DNA from: Amphiscolops sp. MND2022
Taxonomy: Eukaryota
Assembly: GCA_964187785.1 (NCBI GenBank)
Contig: OZ076409.1
Coordinates: 51,834,001-51,898,000 of the forward strand
DNA length: 64,000 nucleotides
Reading direction: 5' to 3'
Made by a program: the position numbers and the translations under genes. The notes below the pieces were generated by a model, which did no database searches, was not told the DNA's origin, and worked only from the letters and a program-made list of their open reading frames with translations. Of the stretch, positions 61,508-64,000 are shown piece by piece (within the stretch, counting starts at the first letter, position 1; each line of letters starts with the position of its first letter).

Positions 61508-64000
61508 ACTATATGCATTGCCGAAACCTACCAAATCACCTGTCGCCGCGCGCCCCTTTCTTCAGAATTTTAATCTCTTCCGGTACCGCCGCGCGGGGGC
61601 TTGTAGTAACAACAGAATATTATAGGGGTTTGTTGTAGAAGGGCATGTGGTTGGTTTTTTCTATTGATCAAAGACTTTTGAGAAAACTGGATTTCGTCAA
61701 AAACTGAATTTTGAGAAAATATAACTATTTTTTGTGGAAAAAAAAACATTTTTCTCAGCTTTGGAGACATATTCCCTTTTCTAATGCTTGTGCCATTCCA
61801 ATCAATCTAGGTACCAATTACTTGTTGAAAAAAACTGTGCTAGAGAAAATGGGCTACTGGCAAAAGGAATTTAGAAAAAAGGTAGTGCCAAAAAATGTAA
61901 AAGGGGGGACCCGTTGGGATTTTTTGAACGTTCATTCTGTTGCAAAATATCAAAAAAATGAAGGGAGGACCCTTTGGAGACATAAAAAAGTCTCACAAAG
62001 CCGAAATTACATGCACAAAAAAATTGGTCGAGTGAGACTCGAACCCACGTCCTTCTGCTTGGCAGACATCAAAAACTATCCTAATTAACCTCTATGCTAA
62101 GTGGCAGTAGAAGTTACAAGTGTGGCAGTTAGTGGACGCAGCTTATAAAGCTTATGAAATGTGTCACTTCGTTGGTCTTAAAAAAAGACACTACTATAGT
62201 CTGCGTTTTTCTACGAAAAGCGCCGACTAATAATCGGGTACATTGCGCGAAATGTTTGGAATTACCAAAGAAACATGGTAATTATAATACTCTAGGGATC
62301 CAAATAAGAGGGGGCACTTTCTCGTTTTGAGATTTTTTAGAAAGGGGGTCCAAATTAGAGGGGTAATTTCTATTCAGAGATTGGATAAAAGCACTCAACA
62401 ATGAAAGGGTTTTCTTTTTATAAAAAACATTACGGTCAAAAACATTTCGGTCAAAAACATCACAACGGGGGCCAAAATGGTAATCGCTCCACTTGGGGAT
62501 ACTTACCCCGCACAAGTTCTCGCTATCGAAACTTAGGCTCATTAAGTTACTTTAATTTTAATCGAGATTCTCATTTCCGAAGCATAGAAATTTTAAACCC
62601 CAATTGACCTGGACGTTTTTAAAATTTCCAAAAAAAATTGGCAAAAAATTTTCAATCATCAATATCTCCACAACTACGCGTACCAGAGGAACGAACTATA
62701 GCACGTTTGAAAGCTCTGATATTGGGCTTTCATTTTGGTCAGCTGAGCCCCTGTCGCCGCGCGCCCCTTCAGAATTTTAATCTCTTCCGGTACCGCCGCG
62801 CGGGGGCTTGTAGTAACAACAGAATATTATAGGGGTTTGTTGTAGAAGGGTATGTGGTTGGTTTTTTCTATTGATCAAAGACTTTTGAGAAAACTGGATT
62901 TCGTCAAAAACTGAATTTTGAGAAAATATAACTATTTTTTGTGGAAAAAAAAACATTTTTCTCAGCTTTGGAGACATTCCCTTTTCTAATGCTTGTGCCA
63001 TTCCAATCAATGTAGGTACCAATTACTTGTTGAAAAAACTGTGCTAGAGAAAATGGACTACTGGCAAAAGGAATTTAGAAAAAAGGTAGGCTGCTTTAAA
63101 GCACCACTAGGTTCATTGGGGTTAAAATGCAAAATTTTGGGTGTCTGCACGAAATACCAGATGACCGAATACAGGAGGACAAATTACCACAGGACTTCTT
63201 GCGCGCACTTCCGTAAAATTGCTTGAAACGTTTAAAAGCGCTAGTGATTGCACTAACCTGAATGGAAGTTGCGCCCTTTGGAACAGCAACTAATCTTCCT
63301 CGAATATTTTTATTGGGTGATTTCTTTTCCTCTTGTCCTCAAATTACCCGCATGCCTGTGACTGGACAAATGATTTGGACAACTGATGGGGAAATCATTT
63401 CAGATCCAAGAGGAAAAGCGAAATATCTACCATCAAACTCAATCAAAACAGACCTTGAAAGAAATCCATATGAAGCCCAACTGACGATGCCATCACCTAG
63501 CATCAACATAGCAACTCAGATCACCCTGTGTCATAGAACACTTCCCGTCAACTATAAATGAATTGCTGTTAATTTGATCAAGTTTGATTCCTCGAGGAAT
63601 ATTTCCAAGATGTGAAGAATTTTACTGATGTATTTGTTCAAAACGGCATTGTATAGAGTGCTTCTACGGCTCTGAACTTCCTGGAATCTAATTCCCAAGT
63701 TTCCGAATGAAACCTATTTTATTTTTGATAACAGTAAATTGCGGAATGGGTGATTTCTATGCAAGTATCCTAGTGATATTGATTTTTGTTTTTTTGCACC
63801 AATTGCCCTTTTTTTGATTCATTGACCACTACGTGGAACATTTTGTAGAAAAGTTATACTGTGATTTGTATGTTCAACATTTCCTTTATTTCGGCCTCGA
63901 GCCCTTGGAGGCAAAAGTTGCAATATCTCAGTGAACTAAAATCGACAGCCATTTGGTCAATTAAATTAAACGAGCCGCGTATAATTTTGGATCAAGGCCA

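Larger units (their letters stand above)
56715..64000. repeat. Local tandem/segmental duplications of composite repeats
   Basis: A ~1208-bp unit is repeated (57057 versus 58265). A >=2.4-kb block 57525-59983 recurs at 61540-64000 (offset ~4017). Confidence 0.9.

Overview
AT-rich, repeat-dominated eukaryotic DNA (most likely an invertebrate animal), not prokaryotic. Two spliced host genes are visible. The first is the 5' part of a class-I eIF4E gene (minus strand, 2896-3500). The second is a complete 5-exon secreted Cu/Zn superoxide dismutase gene (plus strand, 34742-56000, ~238 aa, signal peptide plus hydrophobic C-tail). The rest is nested mobile DNA: CRE-like RLE retrotransposon relics, a decayed Crypton tyrosine-recombinase element with hairpin ends, decayed I-group and CR1/L2 LINEs, one intact CR1 LINE whose ORF1 and ORF2 are in frame across a single TGA, a deleted Gypsy element carrying an intact SGNH-hydrolase ORF, a GalEa-like Copia element, HINE/Helentron-like repeats and several MITEs. 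Main observations: (1) one SGNH-like cargo family lies downstream of pol in both a CR1 LINE and a Copia element, and a second SGNH type sits in the Gypsy leader; (2) a 5.8-5.9 kb tandem duplication copies the frame-asymmetric SOD exon 3; (3) the intact LINE probably uses stop-codon readthrough. All calls come from reading and translating by eye; no searches were run.
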